Assembly (NCBI GenBank): GCA_965112155.1
Contig: OZ218109.1
Direction: 5' to 3' (one strand)
Length of the DNA: 64,000 bases
Origin: Podarcis liolepis
Lineage: Eukaryota
Below, in pieces: positions 49,533-63,566 of the stretch (the first letter of the stretch is position 1; the number at the start of each line of letters is the position of its first letter). The notes beneath the pieces are model-generated. The model did no database searches, was not told where the DNA came from, and worked only from the letters and a program-made list of their open reading frames with translations. Both the position numbers and the translations under genes were made by a program.

Positions 49533-50644
49533 TAAATAGTATTACACAGGCCACACATTTACTGAGAGACTTTAACATGTGCATCAACAAAAACCACAGT
49601 GGAAGGGATAGCCTTAGCTTTTCAGTATGAAATTCCCTCAAGGAGACTGCCCCAGGTAGCCAGCTGCAATGTCCCCTGAGGTTGTGGCAAATCAAAATGG
49701 TGGCTTCACAGAAGCCCCTGGTATGGTGACATCCAATTTGTGTGCTAAGCTGCTGCATACAAATGGCTAGCCATAGGGTGCATCTGTCACACAGATGCAG
49801 TTTTAAGCAGTTTCTGTGCCACTCTGTTTTCAAATGAGGTAGGCCTGAATTTTTGTTGTGCTGCCTTCATAACAACTCTGTAGACAACACACTGCAAGAG
49901 TTTTGAGCTCCTGTGCTATTCCACTATTCTTATGAAGTCTGTTTAGTCTTCATCAGAACTGTCTCTTGCGCTGACCAAGCATTTATCATGCACAAATCTT
50001 CTTAGAAACTGCTAATAAATACTGGCCTTTTGGACACACATGGATCCTATAATTCCGTTGTTTTAAAAACTGAGGCAGTTGTTGAGGATTTTAACATCAT
50101 TATCATGTTTCATGGTGAAACCGAGAAAAGAGCAATCTTACTTGAGAATCAGAACAGGATGTTGGCTGGTGTTACGAAGATAAAATATTCAAATATTTAT
50201 GTAAGGAAGTCAAAGGAAAGTATGTATGTTTATGATGAGTGATCCCAACCAAACCCATATAAACACAATATTGGGTGATTCTGTAGTTACCAGCCTAACA
50301 TTTGTAAGCTTTTTTTTTACTAATACATAATTTTGGCTTACATTATTTGAACACAAATTAACATCAAACTATTTGTGTGCTAACTGGCACATCCCTAGGA
50401 AATGTCACAGGCAGCTTAAATGATTTCTTTTTATTGTGTTATACTAGGGGCTGCCACTTCTGCTGGTTCTCTCACCAACCCTCACTCCTTTGTTATCACC
50501 TTCCTTCCCCCCCCTTTCCTCCCCTCACCACCACCACCCACCACCCACAGCTCACCCCAAATCCCACCTCCTTCCCTCACAACTCTGCCAAACAACTCTT
50601 CTCTGCTAATTTTCAATGCGACGTCAGGGGAGTGGGCGAACTCT

Positions 50645-51850
50645 TGGTTGGAGGATGGATGGCGGCTAACAGATTGAGGTTGAACAGAAGTACTGTTTTG
50701 GGGGGACAGGAGGCGAGCGGGTGTGGAGGACTCTCTGGTCCTAAATGGGGTAACTGTGCCCCTGAAGGACCAGGTGCGCGGCCTGGGAGTCATTCTGGAC
50801 TCACAGTTGTCAGTGGCGGCACAGGTCAATTCTGTGTCCAAGGCAGTTGTTTATCAGCTCCATCTGGTACACAGGCTGAGACCCTACCTGCCCGCAGACT
50901 GTCTCACCAGAGTGGTGCATGCTCTGGTTATCTCTCGCTTGGACTACTGCAATGCGCTCTATGTGGGGCTACCTTTGAAGGTGACCTGGAAACTACAACT
51001 AATCCAGAATGTGGCAGCTAGACTGGTGACTGGGAGCGGCTGCCGAGACCATATAACACCTGTGTTGAAAGACTTACACTGGCTCCCAGTATGTTTCCGA
51101 GCACAATTCAAAGTGTTGGTGCTGACCTTTAAAGCCCTAAACGGCCTCAGTCCAGTATACCTAAAGGAGCGTCTCCACCTCCATCGTTTTGCCCGGACAC
51201 TGAGGTCCAGCGCCGAGGGACTTCTGGCGGTGTTACAGGGAACCAGGCAGAGGGCCTTCTCGGTAGTGGCGCCTGCCCTGTGGAACGCCCTCCCACCAGA
51301 TGTCAAAGAGAAAAATAACTACCAAACTTATAGAAGACATCTGAAGGTAGCCCTGTTTAGGGAAGCTTTTAATGTTTAATAGGCTATTGTATTTTAGTGT
51401 TGTGTTGGAAGCCGCCCAGAGTGGCTGGGGAAACCCAGCCAGATGGGCGGCTTAAAGGTAAAGGGACCCCTGACCATTAGGTCCAGTCGTGGCCGACTCT
51501 GCGGTTGCGGCGGTCATCTCGCTTTATTGGCCGAGGGAGCCGGCGTACAGCTTCCAGGTCACGTGGCCAGCATGACAAAGCTGCTTCTGGCGAACCAGAG
51601 CAGTGCACGGAAACGCCGTTTACCTTCCCGCTGGAGCGGTACCTATTTATCTACTTGCACTGTGTGCTTTCGAACTGCTAGGTTGGCAGGAGCAGGGACT
51701 GAGCAACGGGAGCTCACCCCGTCGCGGGGATTCGAACCACCGACCTTCTGATCAGCAAGTCCCAGGCTCTGTGGTTTAACCCACAGCGCCACCCGCGTCC
51801 CTTTAGATGGGCGGGTTATAAATAATAAATTATTATAATATTATTATTAT
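50645..51850 (+). mobile_element. 5'-truncated L2-clade LINE, interrupted by a Sauria SINE
   Basis: ORF 50723-51379 contains LGVILDSQL, SRLDYCNALY and HITPVLKDLHWLPV; ends in an ATT-rich tail. Confidence 0.92.
51454..51801 (-). mobile_element. Sauria SINE inserted into the 3' tail of an L2 LINE
   Basis: Full-length body; TSD AGATGGGCGG(C/G)TTA, derived from the L2 tail. Confidence 0.92.
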
Positions 51851-54800
51851 CCTCTCTGAAGTGACAATTAACATGGTGCCTCACAGAGTTCTTCGCCAAA
51901 CCACTCTCTCAAGTGCATCCCACCCTCCTTCAAAGACACCTTCCTCAGCAGGGCTGCTCTCCACATGCGCCACTTGCTCACTTGCCTCTTTTCTCTCATC
52001 ACACTGCTGCTGGTGTGGCCCACCAACATTAAATTGTAGGAAGTTGGCAGCATACCTAAAGCAAATGTCTCCGCTATTGAAGAGTGTGCTAGGGAATTTA
52101 TACACAAGCACATTTATCAGCATCAGTTGGCACGTCTGCCTATTTTCATCTGATGAAAAGCAGAGGGCGTGATATTCTCTGCCCCTTTCTTGAACTGCAT
52201 GGCACTGCCCTGACATGTAGGTGTTCTGCATATGCATGGAAGCATACAAAGCGTTCTGAACTGGCCTTCAGGCACTGGCATCCATCTCCACAGCAATTTG
52301 ATATTAAGTGTAATAGGCTGTTAGCAGACCTTGCAGGTTGGGTGAATTAGATTGGAGTAATCACTTACAGTATCGCTATCAAACTTTTATTTCGGTCACA
52401 GACCAACATAAGATAAAGCATATGGATAAACTGAACGCATAAGACTTAAAACAGGTAAGGAATAAAAACTAGCAATTAAAAGGTGATTATATCATACATA
52501 CTTAAAAAGATAGAAACAGGCACAGTTAAAAGGTCTTGCATTTTGGACCTAGTTTGTGGCCCAAACCATCCTTCGACTAATATCCATCATGGCAGTGCAG
52601 AATCTAGCAACTGAGTATGTAACATCTGGGTTTTCATCTTGAAATAGCAGGGAAGTATAAAGTTCTGTCAACCTGGAAATTTATGTACTACAGGTAAGAT
52701 GAACCTAGCTCGTATATCTGTATGGCAGTAAAAAAAAAAGGCATATTCTGTTGTTTCAACTTAGTTTCTGGAGTTCAAAGGCTTTATTCATGCAGGAGCT
52801 GTTTATAGGATGAGTAGCAAACATATTGTCTGGAGAGAACAGCAAATGAAAAATGGCTCTGCTTTTAAGGGTGGAGTTAACTTAGACAAAGAAGCTTCAA
52901 ACAAGGTGGCTAGGTCACTAGACAAACAGTGCTCTCATGTGGTTTAAAGTACCGTAACAAATGCATTAACTACTAATGCCTGACGGCAGCGTCCCTGTAA
53001 CACAGGGCTTAATTTATATAACAAAAATTGAGAGGCCTGGTGGCAGTCACACCATCTTATTTGAAATCCCCAGTGCCAACTGAATAGATTGCTCAGCAGT
53101 CTTCAATGGTATTCTATAATTATTTCAGAGGGCACTAAGATCATCATAATTGAAAGCAATATTTTGAAGTAAGACCTGTGGAAGCCTGCATTCAGGCATA
53201 GCACTGCCATAGGGCTCGTTTTATGCTTAGACTTTCAGACCAACAGGCTACTCTCAATCATTTGTTGATCTGAATGACTTTATCATCTAATTTGTAGTCA
53301 TCAATGATCCCTGGTTGCCGCTTCCTGGAAAGGCATAATAAACTGCTGGGCGCTGTGCTCCTGTTCCATTTTTTATAATTGCCTGCAACTTACTGCAGTT
53401 CCCCTGAGCTTCAGTTAGGAAAGGACGGCTATTCTTGGCTTTGTGCATCAGATTGTTTTCCCCCCTGTGTTTTCATATTCATATCCATTTTGTTTAAAGA
53501 GGAACCAACATAGGCTTCTCTTAATCTCGGCTTTTTTGGATCAGAAAAGCAATTAAAAAGAACAAATCTGTTTCTCACGCACACACACTGTGCTAATGTG
53601 CAGTGTGAAAATCACATTCAGCTGTGCAACTGCAGAGGCCTCCATTTGAAGGATCTGAAATAAATACAAAACACTACATTTTACAATGTGCCATGCAACC
53701 CTTTATATTTAGAACATCCTACTGTGTTCAGTGGAGCTACTCCCAAGTGAGTGGACTGTGCCCTCAATTACTTATTTTCATTTCTAACGCTTCCAATGAC
53801 ATAACTCTAACAAGGTTCATGCCTCAAAGTAACCAATTAAATATGGATACCATCAATAAAAATAGCTTAGCTGCCTCATAGCAACTTTAGCCTGGCCTAG
53901 CAAGCCCTGAAAATAACTTTTTAAAGGGACTGGAGAATGAAAAAATTCAGACCTTGGCAAGCGTATTGAAAAAGTGGGTTCTGGAGTTGGGTGTGGGAAT
54001 AAGGACACTTCCTTTACAGGATCTTATTTTAAATAGCAGTACGAAATAGGACTGAGCTTTTAAAACAAGAAACATCATGCTATTCCAGATGTTTGCTTAA
54101 AAAAATTATGCCCTGCTTTTTCACGTGTCTCAAAGCAACTTCTAAAGGAAAAACAAAACAAATTAAAACAGAAAATAAGAATCTGATGTCTGAAACTTTG
54201 CAGGGAGTCTATAGATCCACATTCACTATGTTGTGTGCAATTTGATTCCTTGCAGAAAGCTGGGGAAGATGTTTGAATATATTAGTGAGTGGAAAGGTTA
54301 GCTTGCATGGCTAGAATCAGCTGCATATGAAATGACAATGTTGCATCATAGAAATGGCCCCAACCAGCACTCTGGAAAATTAAGGATTACTGTAATTTCC
54401 CAACAAGGCTATCTCCATAATGAATGCAGGATTACTATTTTTTATGGGGTTTTTCCCCCTTTTCCTGACAGTACATTTGATATGCATTGCTCTGTCTCAT
54501 TATGTCAGCTGCAGGGTTAGGAATAAACAAATTTATCAAGATAACCAGAGAGAATGGGACTGACAAAAGCTGAATGCAACTGGCAAGGTGCCCGTTTGCA
54601 AAGGCAGAGCAGAGATACAGAAGCAGGGCAGGATAAAGACATTGTGCTGCCTGAGGCAAAGGACAAGGTGACCCTTTTCATTCCCACCAGAGGGACAGCA
54701 TCTTCCCCACGCTTGAGGGGAGCAGGCTAGCTCAGGGAGCTATGGCCCCATATAACATCTAGAATCTGCAACCTGAGGCAGCTGCTTCACTTTGCCTAAT

Positions 54801-55278
54801 GGTAGGCCTGGCACTGTTTGGAACCCAAAGAGAACCAGCAGGTATTGGATTGTAGAGAGTTCCTACTTCAAGCAACTATTCAAGCAAATAAATCGTATCT
54901 GGTGGAGGAGTTAGTTGCATGGACAAGCAGTGATTTGAACTTTTGCAGTTTTACTTCCAGACATGCATATGTCCCACAGCTAAACCCAGCTCTCAAGCTA
55001 CTAATCACTTGTGGGTCTCCTCCCTATGAAAAGATACCCCTGCAGCCAAGTTAGAAAAGCAAGAAGATTCACTGAACCCTTTTATCACCTGTATATTTAT
55101 GGGACATAGTTTTTTTGGATCAGATGACGGAGTGTGAAGGAGTGAATGTAATTAATGAGTAGATAGATACCGACTGGTGTACAAAATGAGTTGCTGAAGC
55201 AGCACTGAAACAGCCTTCAGGGTCTGGTATTTCTGGCTTCTTTATGAAAGCCAACCAACCAGGGAAAATGTGCTACAT

Positions 55279-56158
55279 CAGTGGTTCCCAATTAAGTACT
55301 GCAGACCCCCTGTTTTGTTTCGTTTTGAAACCAATCCATGGACCCCCTACTTTTGAAAATGTTGCTATCTCTGTGCAGTGGTGCCTTGGTTCTCAAACTT
55401 AATCTGTTCCAAAACCAAAGCATTCCAAAACCAAGGCGCGCTTTCCCATAGAAAGTAATGCAAAATGGATTAATCCATTCCAGACTTTTAAAAACAACCC
55501 CTAAAACAGAAATTTAACATGAATTTTACTAACAAGACCATTGATCCATAAAATGAAAGCAATAAACAATGTGCTGCAGTCACACAATCGATCAATCAAT
55601 CAATAGCTGAACTGGGTTCCACACAGTCACAAAAACAGGAAAAGCTGCAACAACAAAAATGCAAAATAAATAGCAAAAACAGACAGAACTCAGCGTAACA
55701 CTCAAAACGGAAGTGTGGCACTCTAATTGGAAGTGTAACACTCAAAACGGAGAGCATTTGGCTTCCGCTGAAAAAGGTTTGCAAACCAGAACACTTCTGG
55801 GTTTGCAGTGTTTGGGTTCCAAGTTGTTTGAGTACCAAGGCGTTTGAGAACCAAGGTACCATTGTCGTAGTTTTTGTTATGTTAATGGTGCCACCATACC
55901 CTCTAACATGCCATAGCACAAAACAGAGCTGCATGTTTTCTGGGCTGCACTCCCATGTGAGAGTATGGCACCCAAAAATGTACATACCCAACCCATCAAC
56001 TGTCTGGAACACCCTGTTTTGGGGGACCGTGTTTTCAATGTGAGTAACCCTCCCCCAGAAAATGGGATGTCTGACAGATGACAGGTAAGTGCCACAGACC
56101 CCCTTAGTGGTTTATGTAGACCCCTTGGGGTCCACAGACCATCCACTGGGGACCACTA
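55279..56158. mobile_element. hAT non-autonomous element containing a nested Tigger/pogo-like MITE (55376-55864)
   Basis: Outer TIR CAGTGGTTCCCA...TGGGGACCACTA with TSD TGCTACAT/TGCTACAG; inner CAGTGGTGCCTTGGTTCTCAAAC...GTTTGAGAACCAAGGTACCATTG. Confidence 0.72.
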
Positions 56159-56828
56159 TGCTACAGCACACCTCAGCTGCTGACCCCACAATAGTACCAG
56201 CACAGAAGTTTCTGGAAATAAACTCAGTTTGGGGGCGGGGGAGGTGGCTGCCTTTTGGTTCAGAGCCTCTTCTATGTGAAAACATAGAGCAATAAAGGGG
56301 AGTTAATTAGAACAAGTTTGTCTGCCTCTCCACACTGCAGTGCCCCGGTTCGGACTGTGGCCAGGATACGTGGAACGAATTAGGCACATAGGGTCATTCA
56401 CACACTTGGCTTTTTTTTAAGGAGTTAGCAGACACAGATCTAGGAAGCTGCCTTATACCCAGTCAGACCACTGGTCCATCTACCTCAGTATAGGCTACAC
56501 TGACTGGCAGAAGCTCTCTGGAGTTTCAGGCAGGGGTATTACCCAGTCTTAGAGACTGATCTTGTTGGCATCTGTGGACAACACAGATGCTCCACCGCTG
56601 ACTTACACCCTTTCCCAGATCCTGATGTAGGGATGAGTAGGGGGCTTTGGTCTCCCATTGCAGACCTGCTCTAGACTCCTCTCCCCGCTCCCAACACCTC
56701 TTTGCTTGGGAAGCAAAACTTCCAATAGTGCAAATGTCAGATGTCAAGTGGGCTGCAGTCCTTTTCAGAGTCGTGCAAGGGGACCAGAGGACTCCAGCAG
56801 AAAATTCTCAACTCAGCCAGAAAGCCAT

Positions 56829-57137
56829 CGTGCCCGGAAGCTGAGGTCCAGCGCAGAGGGCCCTCGGGTGGCTCCCTCACTGTGTGAAGTGAGGTTACAG
56901 GGAACCAGGCAGAGGGCCTTCTCGGTGGTGGCACCCGCCCTGTGGAACCCGCCCTCCCATCAGATGTCAAGGAAAGAAACAACTATCTTCCTTTTACAAG
57001 ACATCTGAAGGCAGCCCTGTTTAGGGAAGTTTTTAATGTTTGATGTTTTATTGTATTTTTAATATTTTGTTGGAAGCCACTCAGAGGGGCTGGGGAAACC
57101 CAGCCAGATGGGCGGGGTATAAATAATAAATTATTAT
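56829..57137 (+). mobile_element. L2 LINE 3' fragment, same family as 50645-51850
   Basis: RLQGTRQRAFSVVAPALWN and a matching 3' UTR (GGAAGCC..CAGAG.GGCTGGGGAAACCCAGCCAGATGGGCGGGGTATAAAT). Confidence 0.88.
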
Positions 57138-57281
57138 TTGACCCAAGCCATTGAGGTGCTTTTGAAAATAAGCTTGGGTTTGTAGCATAGGAGGGCTTAG
57201 AGCTGTGAAATCAATGGAACTACATTCAGCATCTGTTTGGGACTAATGCAGTTGATCCTTGCAGTCTTTTCTCAGACTCTC

Positions 57282-57354
57282 TTTTTTTAAAAAATAAAAT
57301 AAAAATTAATTGGATTTTCAAATTATAATATTCAATTAAGATTTGTGGAAAATT

Positions 57355-57400
<46 letters not shown>

Positions 57401-57873
57401 CTCCCCCCCTCCTTGGCTTCCCCGTATTTCTGTATTGGTTTATTAAACAAATTCTATATCCTGCTGATTTTGCCTCTCATATAGTTGTGAAAGTTTAGTC
57501 AAAACCTGAGTCCAAATCTTTATACTGTCTTTTTATTTGGTTTATAAATGGTTCCCACTCTTTTTTGAAATCGATGTTGTCTCTCTCATATATCCTCTGT
57601 CAGCTTAGCCAGTTCCGCTTAGTCCATAAGCTTAGCTTACCATTCTTCCTTTGTTGGTGTTTTCTCTGTTTTCCATACTTGTATTAATAAAATTCTTGCC
57701 GCTGTTGTTGCATACATAAACAATCTCCAATTTCCCTCTCTTATATCATGATCTAAAATTCCAAGCAGGAAAGATTCTGGTTTTTTAACAAAAGTTTTTC
57801 CCCCCAACATTTTTTTCAATTTATTATATATCATTTCCCAATATTCTTTAACCTTCTTGCATTCCCACCATAC
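57282..57873 (-). mobile_element. 5'-truncated L1 LINE (ORF2 C-terminus and 3' UTR)
   Basis: WWECKKVKEYW...PESFLLG...YATTAARILL...WK...PTKEEW is a typical non-mammalian L1 ORF2 C-terminus; degenerate TSD CTTTTCTCAGACTCTC/CTTTTCCGAGACTTTC. Confidence 0.85.
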
Positions 57874-59970
57874 CTTTTCCGAGACTTTCAAGTACTACAT
57901 GTAAATAATCAGCGTGGTCATTTTGCTCCTCTGTTTTTATCATGATATGCCCAAGACACATAAGTACCACAGCTCACTTTTAGCGCTTCTCTTGCGCATG
58001 CAGATGATCTCCAAGTTCAATTCTTGAAATCTCCAGGTTAGGTTGGGAAACTCTATAGTTGGGAACCTTTGACAGCTCCTGCCAGTTTGGCTCCACAATT
58101 CTGGCTTGATTTAGTCTTAAGACCGTCTCCTATGTTCCTAGGTATCTAATCTGCTTGTTATCTTCATGTTATCCAAAGACTTGGAATTTTCTTTTAATGG
58201 ATGGCACATATAAAAGCAATGAGCCTATTTATTGCTCATATTGCTTATTGAAGAAAGTAGACAAAAAACTAAACAAAATTATTTCACAATAGTTTGTGAC
58301 AGATCGTGCAATGCAGAGGCAAATTGGCTTGCATCTGTAATACAAAACCAAGCATTTTCTCACTGTTGGTGTAGGATCTTGCTTTTGCTTTAGCACTGTA
58401 CCGTATATCTCTCAAGGGGCCTGCAGCTTCTTGCTGAGCCATCATATCAGTTGGCTCAGCAACCAGACAGTCACGGCGCCCACTTCCAAGGAAAGCGGTG
58501 TAAGCCATGCTTATCAACCTTTTCAGCGTGTACTATGATAAGATTATAATTCTGAAGATTCTGAAGGGGAGGACAATGAACTGCTCAACTATAACTAGCA
58601 CGACAGTGTGTTTGTGTGGAATTACGGGTGGCTAATATATTGGTAACTGGGTGTGGTGTCCAAATACCTTGCTAACCTTTGCTCGCAGTACTTAATGTTT
58701 GCAGTTTGTCAAGGACAAGACGGTTTGCCTGCTTTGTAAAAACCATGCATGCAAGTTTCCCATAGACATAGTGGGCCACTGTGAGAATCGGATGTTGGAT
58801 TGGGTGGGATTATAGTCTGAACCAGCAGGGCTTTTTATGTTCCCGGTCCTAATACTTAATTGTGGTCACACAATTTGGTTTATGAAGAAGCAACATTCAT
58901 CTAGTATTAAATCAGGGAACCTTACATAAGCTTGCTTGGAAGTAAATCTGGCCGAGAGTAATGGGACTTAGTTCTGTGTTCTCTAGGGATGCAGTATTAA
59001 AGAATACACAGGCTGAACCGTATCACGTTAACACAGAAATAAAGCTATTAAAATTATTCCTGTATCCCCCTCCATACTGCTGTTTTGCTGGATCTGTGGC
59101 ACTCATTAAAATATTTCACATCCTTACATCAGTCTCCCATATTTGTTCATCCAGTCTTCACAAAGGCCATTCTTTGATTTTATATAACAGCATTTAAGAC
59201 CTTTTCACATTGTTGACCTATATTTGTCTGCCAAGGTATTTCGGTCAGTGGAGCATCTAAAAAATGGGAAAAGGCTATTCATTGTTAGCACCATGTTTAG
59301 GGAAGTTCTTGCTCATTCCCCTCCCCCTTTACCATCTTACCCATGACTCCCATGTAGGTAAGTTCATTCACGTAACAAAATGTTAAAGCAGCCTAGAGCT
59401 ACAGCATGGGCCTGCATTAATCAGGCTATACAACGGGTTCATTGTTGATGTGTGTGTGGTTTTTTTAAGGAATATATTTTTCATGGTCTGTATTGTATTA
59501 CACCATTTGTTCTATGCAAGGACAAGAGTGAAGGAAGGCAAAAATGAGCTGACTCTAAGGCTGTAATACTAAGGTCATCAGACTCCTTGGGAAAGGGTCC
59601 CTTTTAAAGGGTTTTAACCTTTAATTCTAGGAGTTCTAGAACTTTGATGTCTTCTGCTGAGGGCCAGTCAAGAAATTTCGGTGCCTGAGGCAGAGCAGCA
59701 AATGGCACTCCTTGTCAAGCCACCTGGATTCTGCCCAAGGCTAGTCAAGTTCTTTTGGCAGAAAAGCCCACAAGTGCCTAAGCACAGACACAATGAATAA
59801 TGATGAATTAAACAGCTAGCACCTTGCTGCCCTTCCATGACCATCCAAATCGGCTGCCTGAGGTGGCTGCCTCACTCTGTTCAATGATTGGGCCAGCCCT
59901 GTGTCTGATCCCTTTGGGGTAGGCACCTGTATGATGAGATGGATGCCATTGGGAGAAGACGCAGCTATCT

Positions 59971-60222
59971 GCACCAGTGTGGTGTAGTGGTTAAGAGCGG
60001 TAGACTCGTAATCTGGGGAACCGGGTTCGCGTCTCTGCTCCTCCACATGCAGCTGCTGGGTGACCTTGGGCTAGTCACACTCCTTTGAAGTCTCTCAGCC
60101 CCACTCACCTCATAGAGTGTTTGTTGTGGGGGAGGAAGGAAAGGAGAACGTCAGCCGCTTTGAGACTCCTTTGGGTAGTGATAAAGCGGGATATCAAATC
60201 CAAACTCCTCCTCCTCTTCTTC
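59971..60222 (+). mobile_element. tRNA-derived SINE (Squam3-like) with a CTC/CTT tail
   Basis: A box TGGTGTAGTGG, B box-like GGTTCGCGTC, GTGACCTTGGGCTAGTCAC core, simple-repeat tail. Confidence 0.75.
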
Positions 60223-60680
60223 TGCCCCACAACACCAGCAGAAAAGAAGGTAACTGAAAGTATAGAGATCCATAGCAACAAGGCCAGTACCACCAGCAGC
60301 TGGAACTTCCAGGAGCCTGGGGGGAAAGAGGACTCGCCCCCCCCCCAGCAATTTCCCCTTTACTGCTGTTAGTCTCCTTTGGAGGAATGATGAATCTAGA
60401 GCTGGATCAAAAAAGCGTTTCAGGAAAACTCGTTCTAAACTTCATAAAAGGAAATCACGTTGGCGAAAGACGGGACTCCACTGTGATATAACGCATATAA
60501 AGCACTTTTTCTTTGTCAATGTAGCTGAGTCCTAGGTGATTTCTAGACTCCTGAACAGGCTCTGCAATACATTTAAGCCAGGCTGCTGGGGCTCTGTGCA
60601 TCTGGAATTATTTTGTCTGTTAACTTTCCTCTTGCTCTGTATTTATATGTATTTAAGTCTAGATTATTTATTTTGTGAGT

Positions 60681-61059
60681 GGGATGCAGGTGGCGCTATT
60701 GTCTAAATTAATGAGCCTCTTGGGCTTGCCGATCAGAAGGTTGGTGGTTTGAATCCGTGCGACGGGGTGAGCTCCCATTTCTCTGTCCCAGCTCCTGCCA
60801 ACTTAGCAGTTAGAAAGCATGTCACTGCAAGTAGATAGATAGGTACCACTGTGGCAGGAAAGTAAACAGCGTTTCCCTGTGCTCTGGCTTCTGTCACAGT
60901 GTCCCATTGCACCAGAAGCAGTTTAGTCATGCTGGCCACGTGAGCTGGAAAACTGTCTGTGGACAAATGCCGGCTCCCTTGGCCTGAAATCGAGATGAGC
61001 ACCACAACCCCATAGTCGCCTTTGACTGGACTGGTCCAGGGGTCCTTTACCTTTACCTT
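60681..61059 (+). mobile_element. Sauria SINE
   Basis: GGGATGCAGGTGGCGCT...GGGGTCCTTTACCTTTACC. Confidence 0.9.
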
Positions 61060-61257
61060 ATTTCTTTTGCCATACCAAATTTATCATCTGTTTAGTAACT
61101 TGTTGGTTTTTGTCTCATTTGAATTTATTGATATGTTTTGTCAACTGTTTTCTTCCCCTCCCCGCCCCCAAATGCTGAATTCCCCCATGTTAAGAGAACT
61201 GTATAGCTCCCCTACTCTATACCTGATTCATGTCAGCAAATAAATTGTTTTAAGATG

Positions 61258-61276
61258 GAGCGCCACCTAGGGGCTG
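61258..61276 (-). promoter_or_regulatory. Candidate CTCF site (CAGCCCCTAGGTGGCGCTC on the - strand)
   Basis: Close match to the CTCF core CCnCnAGrkGGCrs, in apparently non-repetitive DNA. Confidence 0.5.
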
Positions 61277-63566
61277 TTGCTGCTAGAGCGACGCTTTTGA
61301 AGGCAAAGCAATTCTGGTGTATAAGCAAAGGATGCATGGGAGAATTCACAAATATCGCAAACTGATGGCGTTTAGTTTTTAATTAGGTAGTCCAAGGGAA
61401 TAAATGGCCTATTGCTTAAAAGTGATTAGCTTGTTATTGTGGTTAATTCACTTGCAAATCAGAGAAAAGTAACTGCAGGATTCCTTCCCAATAAACTTTG
61501 TATGTAAGTTGCAATTTTTTTGGAAATATCACATTCAATTCACAGTTTGCCCCAATGCAGAACCCATGTGCACAGTGATATACACAGCATTTTGGGTGCT
61601 CCTGGCTCTCCTCCTTCAAGGGAATGGAAAAGGTATGAATAAAAATTAAAGAAAATGATGATTATGTTTAGTACAGGGAAGAAGAGGCATGAAAGAGGTG
61701 CCCAAGAATTCCATGTGCACACATTATTCTACATGTGCACTGCCTGTGCATGCTATCCAATGAGCTACTTCTCATTTCCACTGAAGTCTGTCCTTGTCAG
61801 GGCTGGACAACATTTAAAGTTTGCAGGAGACTGCGCTGAGCCTCTCAAAGCCAGCATTCACATTTAGGCTGTATAACACGGAGACACGGGCAAAGGTTAC
61901 AGTACAGCTTCCCTGCATTGCAACGCCTATCTGATTCCCCTTTCCTTTTCAGCCAGGCTGGCCAAACTCAAATTTCACATCAATTCCACAATAAAAGCAA
62001 ACCCAGAAACTCAACCTGCTGTGAACCAGCAGTGTGGCTCCTTACCAAGCCACTTAAACAAAGAGCTCCTTTTCAAACGTCTTCCGCTATCCATAATGCA
62101 TGTTACCATAAAATGTCCAGGTTGCTAATTCGCTTGGATAACAGCATCTACCTGGAGGAAAGGCTTATTTCTGCAATTGTTCTAGATCTACATAAAATAT
62201 GCACAGGGAAGAAAGATTATAAATGCATATTCATATTTTTGTTTCAGGATTGGTAACCCAGAAGACTTAATGCTATAAAAAATGACCTTTCGGTCTTTTT
62301 CACAGTAGCAATGGCGGTTTGTGATATCCCTTTATTATAGAAATTAGAATTTTTTAAAAAAAATCTGTGGCTTCGAGTTCTGTTCAACTCTTTTGTGTGC
62401 ATCTTTAAAAGGTATTCGTGAAATATCTGATTTCAGGGATTAGTGCAGCCTTCATTACTATGCATGAAAAACGAGATGAAATACCACGTTTTTGGCAGCT
62501 GCTTCCACTGGATAAGCATTCACTCACCCAGCTTGATTTAACATTTTGTTACTGCAGCTTTACATTGCACATTTGATTTAGTACCGGCAGAATTATGCTG
62601 GAAGAACAGCAATGGAAAGACAGGGCTATAGAAGAAAGAATCTGGCAACTCCTGATTACTGATCCGCTTGAAATCACGGATTTGGCTGCCTACGAGGCCC
62701 AAATTAGGGTCTTTCATCCTAATCCTTATCTCCAAATCAGGAGCAGCTGCTCCAGAGCTCCTATTTAGTTTATTTATTTCAGAAAACCTATCTTCTGCCC
62801 TTCTGGTGCATTTGCATCACTCAGGGACGCATGCAGCAATAACAATTCTAATATACACATAAATTGAGACAGGCTCAGCAGCCGAAAACATTCCAAAATA
62901 GGGGTTGGTGTCCGTTTGTGTCACTTTCTCAGTAGCCTGCCTTGTCCTTTCCATAAGGCAGAAATCTTTTCCCCACTGGCACCATGACTGTGTTGAAAGT
63001 ACTGTACAAAAGTGCAGAGCAGCTTCTAAATGCCTGCAGTGTGGAAACATAACAGCCCAAGGCTGTTTTACACGGCAGCTGTGTAAAGGAAATGACAGCA
63101 ATGCCCATAGAGTTGAGGGCCAAGATGAACAGGAGAGGACAACGTGGTATGGAGCAGCACATTCTGGGTCCCCTTTCTACCTTCTATAGCGAAAGGGACC
63201 AATCCGGAGCCTAGCACACCCCAGTTTATAATTTCTTCCTGAGCCATTGGATCTGATCTGTGGAATGCCTGTAGGCCTACTAACTCTTTCCTGCAATAGT
63301 GTGCTGCATCTTTTCCTTCTATCAGATGTTTATCCATGGATCATGATGAATGGAAATCAACTGGAGAAGAGCAGACTCTGAAGGGGCGTTGAGGAACAGA
63401 AAGGCTAGCTGCTGCTGCTCCTGCAAAGAAAGGATATGTAAGTGAGGCAACTGCTGTGAACGCCATTACAAAATCCCGACTTTAGAGTATGATTGCAACT
63501 TTGGAATGGGTTCAGGCTGCAAGGTTCAGCCTTGGTGAATCCAGAGGTCAGGGGTCATTTTCTTAT

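Noticed and set aside
59971-60045. tRNA gene
   Set aside because: The tRNA-like head runs straight into a SINE body and tail, and no complete cloverleaf is evident.
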